Source: Hormiphora californensis
Lineage: Eukaryota; Animalia; Ctenophora
NCBI GenBank assembly: GCA_020137815.1
Contig: CM035354.1
Span: 1,984,001 to 2,048,000 of the forward strand
Length of the DNA stretch: 64,000 nt
Direction of reading: 5' to 3'
Below are positions 11,469-23,137 of the stretch, in pieces (positions within the stretch are counted from its first letter, which is position 1; every line of letters starts with the position of its first letter). The notes beneath the pieces are model-generated. The model was given only the letters and a program-made list of their open reading frames with translations. It searched no databases and was not told the origin of the DNA. Both the position numbers and the translations under genes were made by a program.

Positions 11469-14400
11469 ATGTTTACCTTTGTCCTGTGTTCGGTAGCTCT
11501 TGTGGCATTATCCGCCGCTAAAAGCGACGAGAATTCTCTGTATGAGTTGAAGCTCGCCCGAACTGACAACGACGCGAAGTGGCGGGGAAGGTTGGAGATA
11601 AAGAAAGATGGGGGACCCTGGGGCTCCGTCTGCTACGATAGAGGTTAATAGATTAAAATTCTTTTTAATCAAAATTCGTTTCTGAGAAGCTTCCCTAGAA
11701 TAAGAAGTAAATCGCGGGTCGACTGAAGTATTTATCTGTCAACACTTCATTGATTAAACCTAGCGATAGGGAATCTATATTATAATTTGGAGATGTCGCG
11801 TCGAAGTTTTTTCATCCGATCAATATCAATAGGGTGTGTTTTCGAAAGCTCAGGATTAGCTTAGTCGATTAGAAAAAGAATTAGTCTAATCCCAAGTAGG
11901 GTTTTTGAAAAAATCGACATCAAAGATCAAAAACCACAAATAGTAACCGGGTAGGAATGGGTGCTCCTTCATAAAACATTTTATGCGACCAAAGCTGTTA
12001 AGCTGTTTTGGAACTTCCAGTGGAAGTTTCTTATTATTTTCGAATGAATTTTAACAATTCAGTCCCCATAGTTACCACTTCAGTTGCCATGGCAACTGTG
12101 TTATTTCCGTTAAAAGTGGCAAAAACAACCACACGGCAAAGCCGTGTGGGTTATCAAAAAGCCCTTACTTGGGGCGCACCCAATGGGTGTGCTAGTCTCT
12201 ATTATAATTTGGAGATGTCGCGTCGAAGTCGAAGTCGTTCGTTCAGCGGTATCTAAGCGACAGTGCTCCTTCATAAAACACTTTATATGACGAAAGCTGT
12301 AAAGCTGTTGCTCACACTTTTGGAACTTCCAGTGGAAGTTTGTTAATATTTTCGAATGACTTTCAACATGCCAGTCCCGATAGCTATCAATTCAGTTGCC
12401 ATGGCAACCGTGTTATTGACGTGGAAAGGGGCGAAAGGAACAACCCGGCGAAGCCGGGTGGGTTATCAAAAAGCCCTTACTTGAGGCGCACCCAATGGGT
12501 GCGCTAGTATAATAAAATGTTGATAGTTGGCATCTTGAATATAGTTTAATCAATATATTGGTTCTATGTGTTCAACTCGGTCTGCTCGAAATACAGGGAG
12601 AACATCATAGCAACCTTCTGGGGGCACGAACACGAGGACACATTCTCACTGAATGAAAGGGGAGTCCTGGTGTATAGTCTGCCTAGTGTGTCACCAATAA
12701 CATCTCGAATATATCATGCATTATATTATTATTTCGTTGCATCCTCACAGGAATGGGACAAGTTACTGCCAACGTGTTGTGCAGGTTTCTGGGGTATAAA
12801 CGGTCCTACCAAGATGAGATGACCAATAATGGGTGAGTACCGAGCGCCGGTTTCTTAATTATGTATTCACTATTCAGCGGCGCCTAATTTCAGTAACGGT
12901 TACCATAGTAACCAAGTAACATTGTATTTCAGTAACGGTTACCATAGTAACCATGTAACATTGTATTTCATTAACGGTTACCATAGTAACCATGTAACTT
13001 TGTGTTTCAGTAACGGTTACCATAGTAACCATGTAACATTGTATTTCAGTAACGGTTACCATAGTAACCATGTAACTTTGTGTTTCAGTAACGGTTACCA
13101 TAGTAACCATGTAACTTTGTATTTCAGTAACGGTTACCATAGTAACCATGTAACATTGTGTTTCAGTAACGGTTACCATAGTAACCATGTAACTTTGTGT
13201 TTCAGTAACGGTTACCATAGTAACCATGTAACATTGTATTTCAGTAACGGTTACCATAGTAACCATGAAACATTGTATTTCAGTAACGGTTACCATAGTA
13301 ACCATGAAAATTTGTGTTTCAGTAACGGTTACCTTAGTAACCATGTAGGATTTTATTATGCCTATAAGTTGTACCTGAAAACTTATAACACGAGACCGAA
13401 GGTCGAGTGTTATAAGTGCAACAATAATGATCCGAGACCACAGGTCGAGGCAGATTCTTGTACTTTAGTGCACGAGCCTGCGAGTGCCACTAAGTTTGAC
13501 TACCTCACGAGCCTGCGAGTGATGTAGTTTTACTTTTTGACCGAGCCTGCGAGGTCTAAAAGTGTACGAATCTGGGACATTATTGTTGACGTCAGGTACA
13601 ACGAAAACAGGCATAATAAAATTGCATTGTAAAAATTTTTAAACAAGAGTGAGAGACACTTTAGCATAGGGCGTAACAATAGAACAAATTCATGATAAGG
13701 TAGCAGGCAGAGAAATCAGTATAAGATAAGATAACGCCTGAGATAGGTAAAGAGAGTGAGAGATTAGTGAGAGTGAGAGATAAAGAATGTGTGGGTCCGG
13801 GAGTTCGTAACTGTTATCTTGATTTCGATGCTGCAACGGCGTGAGAGTGTGTCATAAAGAAAGAGAGAGAGGGAGTTCGTACACGTTTATCTTTCTAACG
13901 GTTTTTAAACGTGACAGAGACAGTGGAGTTCGAAGTGCAGCAGTGTTATAAGTTTTCATGTATAACTGGGCAGTGTTATAAGTTTTCACTTATAACACTG
14001 GGCAGTGTTATAAGTTTTCACTTATAACACTGCCCAGTGTTATAAGTTGTACAAGCAGTGCTACCTAAAGAATTATATTATATCTCAAAATTTTACAATG
14101 TAACTTTGTGTTTCAGTAACGGTTACCATAGTATCCATGTAACATTGTACTTCAGTAACGGTTACCATTATAGTAACCATGTGTAACATTGTATTTCAGT
14201 AACGGTTACCATAGTAACCATGTAACTTTGTGTTTCAGTAACGGTTACCATCTCCCAATCCATACGAAGAATGTGCGATGTCCAGCCCACGCAACCCATT
14301 TCCAGAACTGTACCTATAGCGCCTGGGGAGATGTTGACGATTGCTACCACTTCGATGATACTATTGTTTTCTGCACAGATATCAGTGAGTATGTAGTGTA

Positions 14401-16932
14401 GTACATAGTGCATAGTAGTGAGTATGCACGGTGTCCCTCCTGTCCTACTAGAGGATCACATATCCTAATAATGCTAATTTATTTCCAATTTAAAAGGGTG
14501 GTCGAATGGGCCACCCCCAGTACGGTGGTGACGCAGCTCGACTAGATATACTTTTTGAAGACCAGTGATGTAATGATGTTATGAAAGATCGAAAATTTAA
14601 TAAGGTAGAACATGACTGGGTTGATAGAGCACTTATTTGGTGACATTAAATAAACACCTGGCGCGACTATATTTCACCAAGGTCCCTATAATTGCAGACA
14701 TGAGCTCAATGTCGCGCAGACGATCAGAGAGTATATTTCCAAAATGTTTGGTGACGCAGCTCATTCAGTGGTTCAACCAATTCTTCATATTCATGATCAC
14801 CGAGCTAATAATAGTCTCAGAATTTATTTCAGTTGACACGTCCCCCGGCTGCAGAGACTGTCAACCATGTCCTGGTTGACGGCTATACAGAAGGCTATAC
14901 TAGATAACTAGCCATGTTATTTAACTAGTTTGTCTAGACTAAGTATAGGAAGGGCGGGTGTCTTAACATATACTACCTGGTAACTACTGTATAAAAAGCA
15001 CATTCAGTCACGTTGCCTGGTAGATCATTATATATATATGCGTTGTTGAGTAAGGGGGAAGGGTGGACTTACTCAACAATATATCCGCGAAGCACGGAGA
15101 ACGAGAGGTTGACAGGAACCATTTTCCTTGAAAACTTCTTAGCTATTATATATAGCCAGTTGGAATATCATACCAATGATCCACAAAAACCACTCGAGGT
15201 AACCACCCGGTAACCATGGTATTTCCGCAGGCGACGAGGACATGTACAATCCTGATAACTGCAGGAATCAGCATGATTTCTGCGGGAGTAGTACCCGTAG
15301 GTGTCACGTGAATTATTTCAACAATGAGGCCATCGAATGCAGGAAACTATGCAACTACTGTGGTAAGTGTGATACGTCATGTGAGCAATACCTAGTGGAT
15401 CGATATTTCATCACTCATGGCTAGCTTGTTGTTACTATAGATCACTGTACATCATATTTCATGTCGCGACGCGTCGTCACTCTTTATTTAATCACACGGT
15501 GCCGGTCATTAACTGTCAGAGCAGTTATCTGGAGCACGCAACAACTGCATGGTCAGAGCATTGGCCTGACAGGTCATCAACTTTATATATGTCTCAACTT
15601 TTAACCGCAATATAATTATTGTCACCGTCGCAGTGACTCGTAATTGAGTGGGTGACCAAGCAATGTTATATTTATTCATTAATATTACTCTTCAGTCTAC
15701 TATAGAATTAGGAGCAACGGATTATGAAACCTAATACATTCTTTACATGTTGTGACTTGGGCAATATGTGCATATGGTAGGGAAATATATCCGGTAAATA
15801 ATGCAATTATTATTTATTTATAGTACTTAACCCTTTGAGGCCCAGAGGGTCATATATGTCCAAAAGTTTGAGGCTTCCTAGCGACAAGCCTGATAAAGTT
15901 TTGGCCTAAAATAAAATGCCAGGTGGTAGCTTGAACGATTCTCTATCTATAAATCGGGACATTTTCATGCCAAGTTGTATGAGGAAGTTCCTAATTAGGA
16001 CTAAATGAACCCCACTTCGGTCATTTTTTCTAATTAGGTCTCATTTCCTGATGAATTGTCCTAAACTAATTTCCTTCTAGAATAATATACTATTAGATTA
16101 AATGGAGCTGCTAGAACAAACGGCATCAAAAAATATTCATTTTTGACTGAGAAAACTCAATTTTTGGTTTCGGGTCATATATGACCCTCTGGGTCGTTTG
16201 GGAAGTTAAGAATTTCAAACGGCCTGGGAGTCCTCCGTATGCTTTCAGAGTCTCAAAAACTGGTTAGTCAGTGCCCTAATGATTATACAAGTCCACAGGA
16301 ACCGTTTCATGAACCGTATTGACCGATTTCTACGACTTAATTTGATGCTCTACCCCCACTAATGTGATGATTTACTGCGGGTTTGGCATCTTATTTGATC
16401 ATAAACAGCGTCCAAAGCCTGAATAACACATGTGAGGTGATGTGCAATGAACAACCCAGAGTGTCATTTGACCTGAAACCTACCCCTAATTAGAGAAATC
16501 AGTCAATTCAGATCATGTAACGGTTCCTGTCAACTCGTTTCATCTCTAGGGCACTGACTAACCAGATTTTGTGGCTTGGAAGGCATAGGGAGGACCCCTA
16601 GGCCGCTTGAAATTCTTAACTTCCCAAACGACCCAGAGGGTCATATATGACCCATGCTGTATCTGAAAAAGTAATGAACCGATTTGAAAAACTATTTTTC
16701 CCCTAATCTTAGAGTATCATGCTGGGTATATCTGGGAAAAATTAGAAAATTTCGTTCAGCCAATCACTATGGGCCTCAAAGGGTTAATGCAATTATTATT
16801 TTCCCAGGTTGTGTCGATTTCAATGAAGAATATTGCAAGAAATTCGAGCACCAATGCACCAAGGAGGGTGATTTCGCTGATAAATTCAGGAAGTACTACT
16901 GCCCCAAACTATGTGGAACTTGCACCGCTTAA
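11469..16932 (+). CDS. Secreted SRCR + 2x ShKT protein (~219 aa); exons 11469-11643, 12751-12832, 14239-14384, 15231-15362, 16808-16932
   Basis: Signal peptide MFTFVLCSVALVALSAA; SRCR motifs GRLEI..GPWGSVC, ANVLCRFLGY, NVRC..F.NC...WG...C.H.DD..V.C; two 6-Cys ShK domains (CRKLCNYC, CPKLCGTC); exon lengths sum to 660 nt with matching phases. Confidence 0.9.
11774..12507 (+). mobile_element. Head-to-tail dimer of a non-autonomous Helitron (11774-12195, 12196-12507)
   Basis: A|TC start, shared 5' tattataatttggagatgtcgcgtcgaag, 3' hairpin gcgcacccaatgggtgcgc followed by CTAG|T in both units. Confidence 0.85.
12560..12705 (+). pseudogene. Orphan fragment of an acid-sphingomyelinase-like metallophosphoesterase
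   Basis: FNSVCSKYRENIIATFWGHEHEDTF...PSVSP matches the SMPD1/SMPDL3 GHxH motif region. Confidence 0.6.
12886..14251 (+). repeat. 39-bp minisatellite built from the exon-3 acceptor of the SRCR-ShK gene, split by an insertion at ~13347-14097
   Basis: ~16 copies of tttcag|taacggttaccat-agtaaccatgtaac; last copy opens exon 3 at 14239. Confidence 0.93.
13347..14097. mobile_element. Stem-loop-rich non-autonomous element (Crypton-like architecture)
   Basis: Interrupts the 39-bp array; terminal ttttattatgcct with internal complement aggcataataaaa (~13610); cgagcctgcgag and gaccgaaggtc hairpins. Confidence 0.55.
15831..16783. mobile_element. piggyBac-type MITE
   Basis: ttaa|ccctttgaggccca ... tgggcctcaaaggg|ttaa, plus internal inverted repeat ~16170-16330 / ~16500-16655. 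Confidence 0.88.
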
Positions 16933-17112
16933 TAAGAAGAACATTCCCGAACTTAGTGTGTGTGCGGAAATAATTTAGTTATATATTCATTCTGCATGCA
17001 TGGATTTTAAGCCCGTGATAAACTAAATTGATTTGTCCAAATTACTGTTTTATATACCACACTCTCCTAGTATTACAGCTACTAAACACACATCAATATA
17101 TATCACTTACGA

Positions 17113-20100
17113 TCATTTCCGTTTATTGTTGATCCAGCGAAGGGTGGTAGCAATGAGAAACCCAAACATGGCGGTCACGTGGCCGTACCAGTTCAACTCG
17201 TGCCATTTTGATAGTGTAATCCACCATGAATAACCCTACAGAGGTTGAACTGAGTTGAATTTAGTTGGTAGAGCCGGTGGACGGATGATATATCCAATGA
17301 TTTCGCCATAATAATACCGTATCTAAATGTTTTCCCGATAAACGATTTTAATAAACGCCCGCTATGCCCGCAATAGCAATTAGCATTTATTAATAAATCT
17401 CTGTAGGATAATATATCACCCGCCATGAATTTTATTATCTTTAAAGGAACTTTTAAATCTTTGCTTCGAGTGGTGGGTTGTAGTTGTACATAATAAGTAG
17501 TTGTTCGATTAACAAAATACAGAGTAGTTGTAAATGTAATGGTTTCGTGGGCTCTATTTAGTAGGGGAAGTTGGATTTTAATGATAAAATGCTCAATATT
17601 CCCACAAATTTTCGAGGAAGAAGGGGGATATTTTGCTGTATTAAAATTAAAGTGCATAAAAACACATTTACCTCAGCTTGAAGAGGATTAAAGTCAAACA
17701 TGACTCCCAGGTAGGCTAGTTGGGCAATATTGATAGCTATGAACAGAAGCCTGATGGGCATGATAAAAACCCCATTTTTGTGGGTACAGGATCGACATTT
17801 CGAGACACGCACACACGTGTCGAGAAACACCGCCAACTCCTCCCGCAACTCTGAAAGTTGTGATCTGCATTTTAGTGGGGCTGTTAGTGTCAGGGGATTA
17901 CCTACATGATAAGGTTGCTAGGGGATAATTGTTGTGGGACCAGTTTGTTATGTCCTAACCTGTCAGGCATATACACTTGACAGGTTCTAACCCTCCTTTA
18001 CAATATGCAGTGAGCAATGTGATGTCAGTTGGGACGAGTTGTGTTACAATCGATCAACATGCTTTTTCATCACGTGATTAATGAGTACTTACGTGTTTCA
18101 ACGGATGCAAATAGGAAGATGGAAATGAGAACAGCAGGAAGTTGGAAATTTAGCCCCTGAAACGAGATATTTAGTTTTGAAATGGTACCACCCTTTTCGA
18201 AAATTCTCATTGATAAAACCGATTTCTAAACAGGAACACATAGCCATCAGATAGTTTACAACCACTGTTGCAGCTACAGGACCGCATGTGTCATGGACGT
18301 CGTTTCGGAAGACATCTGTTTTCCATGTGGAGTTTGGCGCGAGATCGATACGCGCAATCATGGAATGCTGAAACACTAAAACTTGACTCCGCGCGTTACA
18401 AACATATTGTCAAGAAAGTGCGCCCCAGAGTTGCCCCAGCAGCATATTACTATTATATCCCTGGATATATGGAAACAGAGCGTCTTAATTGTCCCAGGCC
18501 ACCATGATATGACTCACATGAAGAATACTGCTGGCTGTGTATGTCAGAAATGCAGCCGTGTACATTCCAAATCCAAGGGACTTCTTATAAACATCTGAAG
18601 GGGGGTGTAGCATATAACTTAGTGAATTCTTTCATTTATCACCCCAAGTTCCTTACATGTTTTGAGCCAGTAGTGCATTGGTAGATTCCACGACACGGCG
18701 ACCTTGGCCATTGATCTAGGAATTTCTACTTCCATAGGATTAACAACTTGGAAACTCCTGAGTAAGATGGTGGTAGAGAATTAGTGCTAAACACACACAC
18801 TACTAATTTCTGTAATACACTACTCTTTAGATTGTAGCATGTCTTACTGTGAGGGTGTAGAGAAACCTCCAATAATGGCTGACACTTGGGAAGTGTAGGA
18901 GACGAAGTAGTGGCTGGCACGAAACGACTGGGCAGTGAAATATGTCCGATAGAACCTGAATCATATTGTTAGAGGTAACATGTTGGTAACTAGGGAGAGG
19001 TAACCTAGTTACCATGGTAATATGTTGGTAACTAGGGAGAGGTAACCTAGTTACCATGGTAACATGTTGGTAACTGGATAGGGGATAACATGGTAACCAT
19101 GGTAACTAACGTGCTATGAGTCTCATCCATGTGTGGCAGGAAGCAGGTCGAGAGAAGAACACAGAGGTACGCCAGGGCGAGGCTTGTTATCGCGTTTAGG
19201 ATAACTTTTCCACTCTGTCGGATATGAAACATGGGGGTTATAATAACTAGTGCAATACAATATAAGTGTAGTGTACACCTGCAGTAGCATATAGATTAGC
19301 TGAAGTCATGGTTCAGTATACACAATAAGGATATTGCATACAGCACTTGCATCCACTAGCTTGCTTGAGTGAAGCTAGGAGCAGTATCTAAACGCCGGTC
19401 ATTTTCAGAATTTTCCAGAACAAATGTAGAAATAGGCCGGCTCATGTTACACTTACAAATTGTGTGTGTTTGCTCTTGCAGTATTCGGGTAGGGTGACAA
19501 AGGGGCCAAAAATGAGGGATACAGGTGAGAAGCAGTAGCCTGAAATCAATAAAGTGTTATAAATCGACCCCTGTATTCAATGCTAAATTAAAATATTAAA
19601 GGGTGAGCACACAATAGGATATTTGGGGTCTAAATTCTAATCCAGGTCACTTACCAGGGATATGTGACCGTTTTGAACAAATGTTCACCGTTTTTGAGTA
19701 AAGTCGATTTGAATATGGTCGCATTTGTGTGGGGAAAAGCAAATGCTGAAAGGTTGTATGCTGTCTTACTACATGACAGTAACATGTCGTGCACGGAGAG
19801 GGTGGTCTCTTGTGAGAGATATGCTACTTACCAGCGAAAGACAATATCGAGGGTGGAGTGAGGACCCCAGCATCCAAATCAAATCCAACAGAACTGGTCT
19901 TCATGAGAAGGAGAATGACAGATCCTCGAATTTGGTGCCATAACTCTGGTTCAACTACTGCTAACTCACTACACAAGATATGATGGGGTATTATATTACA
20001 TTATGTTAGTACATTAATTCTAGCCATGTTTTGAATTCCTAATACTATAATTGGAACAAAATATCAGCTAGTTGTTCAGCCCCCTTGCCTAACTAGGCCG

Positions 20101-21642
20101 TCTTTCGTGCGCCCCGCCCGCGAAAGCAAGAGTATACAAATGAAGTATGAACGTTTGTAGACTGGCGCGTTATGAAGTTGGCTGTTCCCAGCGCGAGCTG
20201 GGGACAGCCAACTGGAGTTTAATCGCCCGGCAGGGCGATTAAACTGGTTTAAATCCCGACTCCGATCCCGAGGCGCCAGCCGAGGGTGAGGGGGAGGTGA
20301 TTTAAACCTATAACGCGATAGGCTAACAAACGTTCATGATTTATGAAACCCGATAGTAATTACACACAAATAAGAGACACAACACAAGGTGAAACACACT
20401 AGGACTGCTGGCAAATAGTCAATAGACACCCTGAAAATGTGTGTAGACTTAGTGTCTACTGTTCCTAACATGTTTGAGAAAGAGAGAGAAAGATTGGGGC
20501 CAATACACACTGTCAGAGGTAATGAACAGTAAAAGAGACAATGAGAGAGAGAAATGAATGGAATGTGATTCTTTTCACTCCTTATGAGAGAGATAACATT
20601 GAAACGTGTTGCAGACATGTTTCCCCTTTCTTTTGTTGACAGAACTGTGTGTTTACACACATTTTCAATACTTAGAATTTTACACGCATGTTATTCAAAT
20701 GAAGAGAAACGCGTGAAAAAGGACACTGGCCTGATAAATCGCGAGCAGGGTGTTAAATCCCCCAGCTAGCAGTTATCATGAGCGCGCAAAATCTTCAAAC
20801 GACTGATAAATCAACTATCGGGTTTCATAAACACATAACCCTTCCTTTAAAAATGTAAAGGAGGGGTTAGAACATAACAATAGCCCCATGCATGTACCTG
20901 ATAAAGACAAATAGAAGGTTAACAGTGAGTACTGCAGCACCTGTTTTCCCTGTAGAACTTGTCAGGACAATAACAGCATAGGACAACACCACCAGTAGAG
21001 CTGAGAGGAGCATTCAATATTAGGAGATTTATGATATATATGATTATAAGTGTAGTACAAGCCTCAGTTATCAAATGTTCCTAAACTTTTCTATGGTGTC
21101 CGACTCTTACAATTTTGGAATAACTCCAACTATATTAATAAGTTCATGTGTTGCCACGTTCGATACATGAGTCTCATGATCAATTACTAACAAGTTGATG
21201 TAATGATATGGACGAATTGAGACTCGGATATTTTTTCGTTCCTGAGGTATACAATAACCGAGTCTCTACATTCGTCCATATCATTTCATCAACTAACTAC
21301 ACCTATGGCATACCAAGATATAGGGTGCTTGTCTGATAAAAGAGGAGGGAACAAAACAGGCCAAGTATCACGTCAAGACTGAAGGTTAGAGCTTCAGACT
21401 GTAAAACTGTCGATATGCTTACCTGATGGGACACGTTAGTTAGTGATTTTAGTCGTGATTAGGTTCCGGTACTCATTAGGTTTGAGCACTGAATCATTAC
21501 CCCATCATTACTGTAATTGATCCCTACCATTGGTAATACTTACAATTAATGAAAACCCAAATATCTTCAGGAAGACCTCAGTTATTTGTGAGATAACAGG
21601 AAGGATACAGTAGTTTAGTGTCTCCGATACAGTATCGTCCAT
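17113..21642 (-). CDS. PORCN: Protein-serine O-palmitoleoyltransferase porcupine (MBOAT), multi-exon
   Basis: Exons encode [84 protein letters not shown]|[36 protein letters not shown], all collinear with porcupine. Confidence 0.95.
20160..20832. mobile_element. Stem-loop-rich non-autonomous element (Crypton-like) in a PORCN intron
   Basis: Serial hairpins (agttggctgttcccagc..gctgggacagccaact; tttaatcgccc..gggcgattaaa); tttatgaaacccgatagt (20340) inverted at ~20815-20832. Confidence 0.55.
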
Positions 21643-21896
21643 CGTGTTCTAAGTTAGGGGCAAACTGTTACAAAACTGGGGCCACTTTACTTATGGGAAT
21701 TTGCTTTGATTAAACCCGGGGTGTAGAGGGAGAGGGTCGAGCAAGGACAGGGGAATGATATAGAATATAGTTAGGATCAATAAAGGAGTAATCGGATAAT
21801 AAATTAATCAAACACACACTTACATCCCAATATAATCACACAAAAATCATCTAACTAAAAATTGATTACAGTCTTTAAACGTATAACGTAGTAACT

Positions 21897-22769
21897 CTAC
21901 GCAGAACCCTTTTTCTTTCCCTTCTTTTCAAACCACTCGGAACTCTTATCTTTTCCCATCGCCTCATCCAACAACTCATTTCCCTTGGGATCAACCTTGG
22001 AGAGATCTCTGAATCCCGTGTCACCCACAAAGCATATCTCATACCCATCTGGATCAGCGAATATCACCACGGAAACATCAGCCTTTCCTTCCGTCTTTAA
22101 AGTTAACATGGGTGTCAGGACTTTGTACCCCGCGTTCTCGGCTGCTGCTTGTGTCCCCGCTAAATCTTCCTCAGGAACTGCAAAGGCAACACGGCCGTAA
22201 GCAGTGGCATGGTCGACAGAGTCAGTTTTAACGAACCGAACAAAGGCCTGAGACTGGTCAAAACCGAGAGTGACTTCGTTGGAGCTGGTACTGAATGCAG
22301 TTAGACCTAGAATTTCACACCAAAACTCTGTTGTCTTCTCCAGGTTAGTGGAGGCGAGGGAAATGCCGGATACTTTTCCCGCTGGACCACAATCCGCATC
22401 ACTAACTAGGAAGGCATACCCATCTGACGATGTCACTCTCTTCACTCCCTCGTCAACTTTCTCCCCCTCAGCCTTCCTATAAACATCCCGGTCCTGAATA
22501 TGAAGTCCCAGGAAATCGTTGCCAAGCTTGTAATTCTGAATACCATAGTTATACGTTAGCTCCAGGACAAAATTTTCATCCTCATTCCCGTATCCTATCA
22601 TCGTTTTGCTCCACATTCCGTCGTAGGGCCCGTTGCAGGCTGCATCACACCCCTCCTTAAACTCCTCGTGACGCTGGACAGTCATGTTCAGGGTGGATCG
22701 GAGGAAATCCACGGTTTCTGGCCGGTTTCCAATCTTGAAAACCCAGTGAAGGGCCCGTCGAGGTGACAT
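21897..22769 (-). CDS. GLOD4: Glyoxalase domain-containing protein 4 (single exon, 290 aa)
   Basis: RRALHWVFKIGNR, RHEEFKEGCDAACNGPYDGMWSKTMIGYG, FVLELTYNYG, ADPDGYEICFVGD; ATG at 22769 is 4 nt after an acceptor ttgcacag. Confidence 0.97.
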   Translation of the reverse strand: MSPRRALHWVFKIGNRPETVDFLRSTLNMTVQRHEEFKEGCDAACNGPYDGMWSKTMIGYGNEDENFVLELTYNYGIQNYKLGNDFLGLHIQDRDVYRKAEGEKVDEGVKRVTSSDGYAFLVSDADCGPAGKVSGISLASTNLEKTTEFWCEILGLTAFSTSSNEVTLGFDQSQAFVRFVKTDSVDHATAYGRVAFAVPEEDLAGTQAAAENAGYKVLTPMLTLKTEGKADVSVVIFADPDGYEICFVGDTGFRDLSKVDPKGNELLDEAMGKDKSSEWFEKKGKKKGSA

Positions 22770-23017
22770 GATCCTGTGCAAGATAAACAGTTTCTAATAT
22801 GTATGGATCATGACAAGAAGATGAAAAAGAAGACTCCCGTGTAAGTTATGGTAAGTAAAAAGTGTTAATAAATAATGTATTATGTTTTATCAATGATGAA
22901 TCAGTTTAAAATCGATGATCATATGATAAAAATGGTGATAATTATAATTGAGTTACACGGATATAAATAAAAAAAACATGGCCCATGGTTGGTTTCCTAT
23001 CAAATGTTCAAGTGACT

Positions 23018-23137
23018 TAGTCCTTAGCAACTGCTATCGACGTGTCCTTAGCAACGTGTCCTTAGCAACTGCTATCGACGTGTCCTTAGCAACGTTTCCT
23101 TAGCAACTGCTATCGACGTGTCCTTAGCAACTGCTAT
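23018..23137. repeat. Short tandem repeats copying the last codons and stop of the TPR-MYND gene
   Basis: gtccttagcaactgctatcgac units (minus strand GAT AGC AGT TGC TAA). Confidence 0.85.

Noticed and set aside
12874-13527. 156-aa and 201-aa repetitive ORFs
   Set aside because: Frames of the 39-bp satellite, not standalone genes
14832-14879. Possible alternative last exon (DTSPGCRDCQPCPG-stop)
   Set aside because: Too short to distinguish from chance
17672-17851. Innexin-like TM segment
   Set aside because: Neighbouring exons identify it as porcupine
19655-19745. Cassette-like exon in PORCN with gtaagt donor
   Set aside because: 91 nt, frame-breaking, and flanking exons join seamlessly by homology
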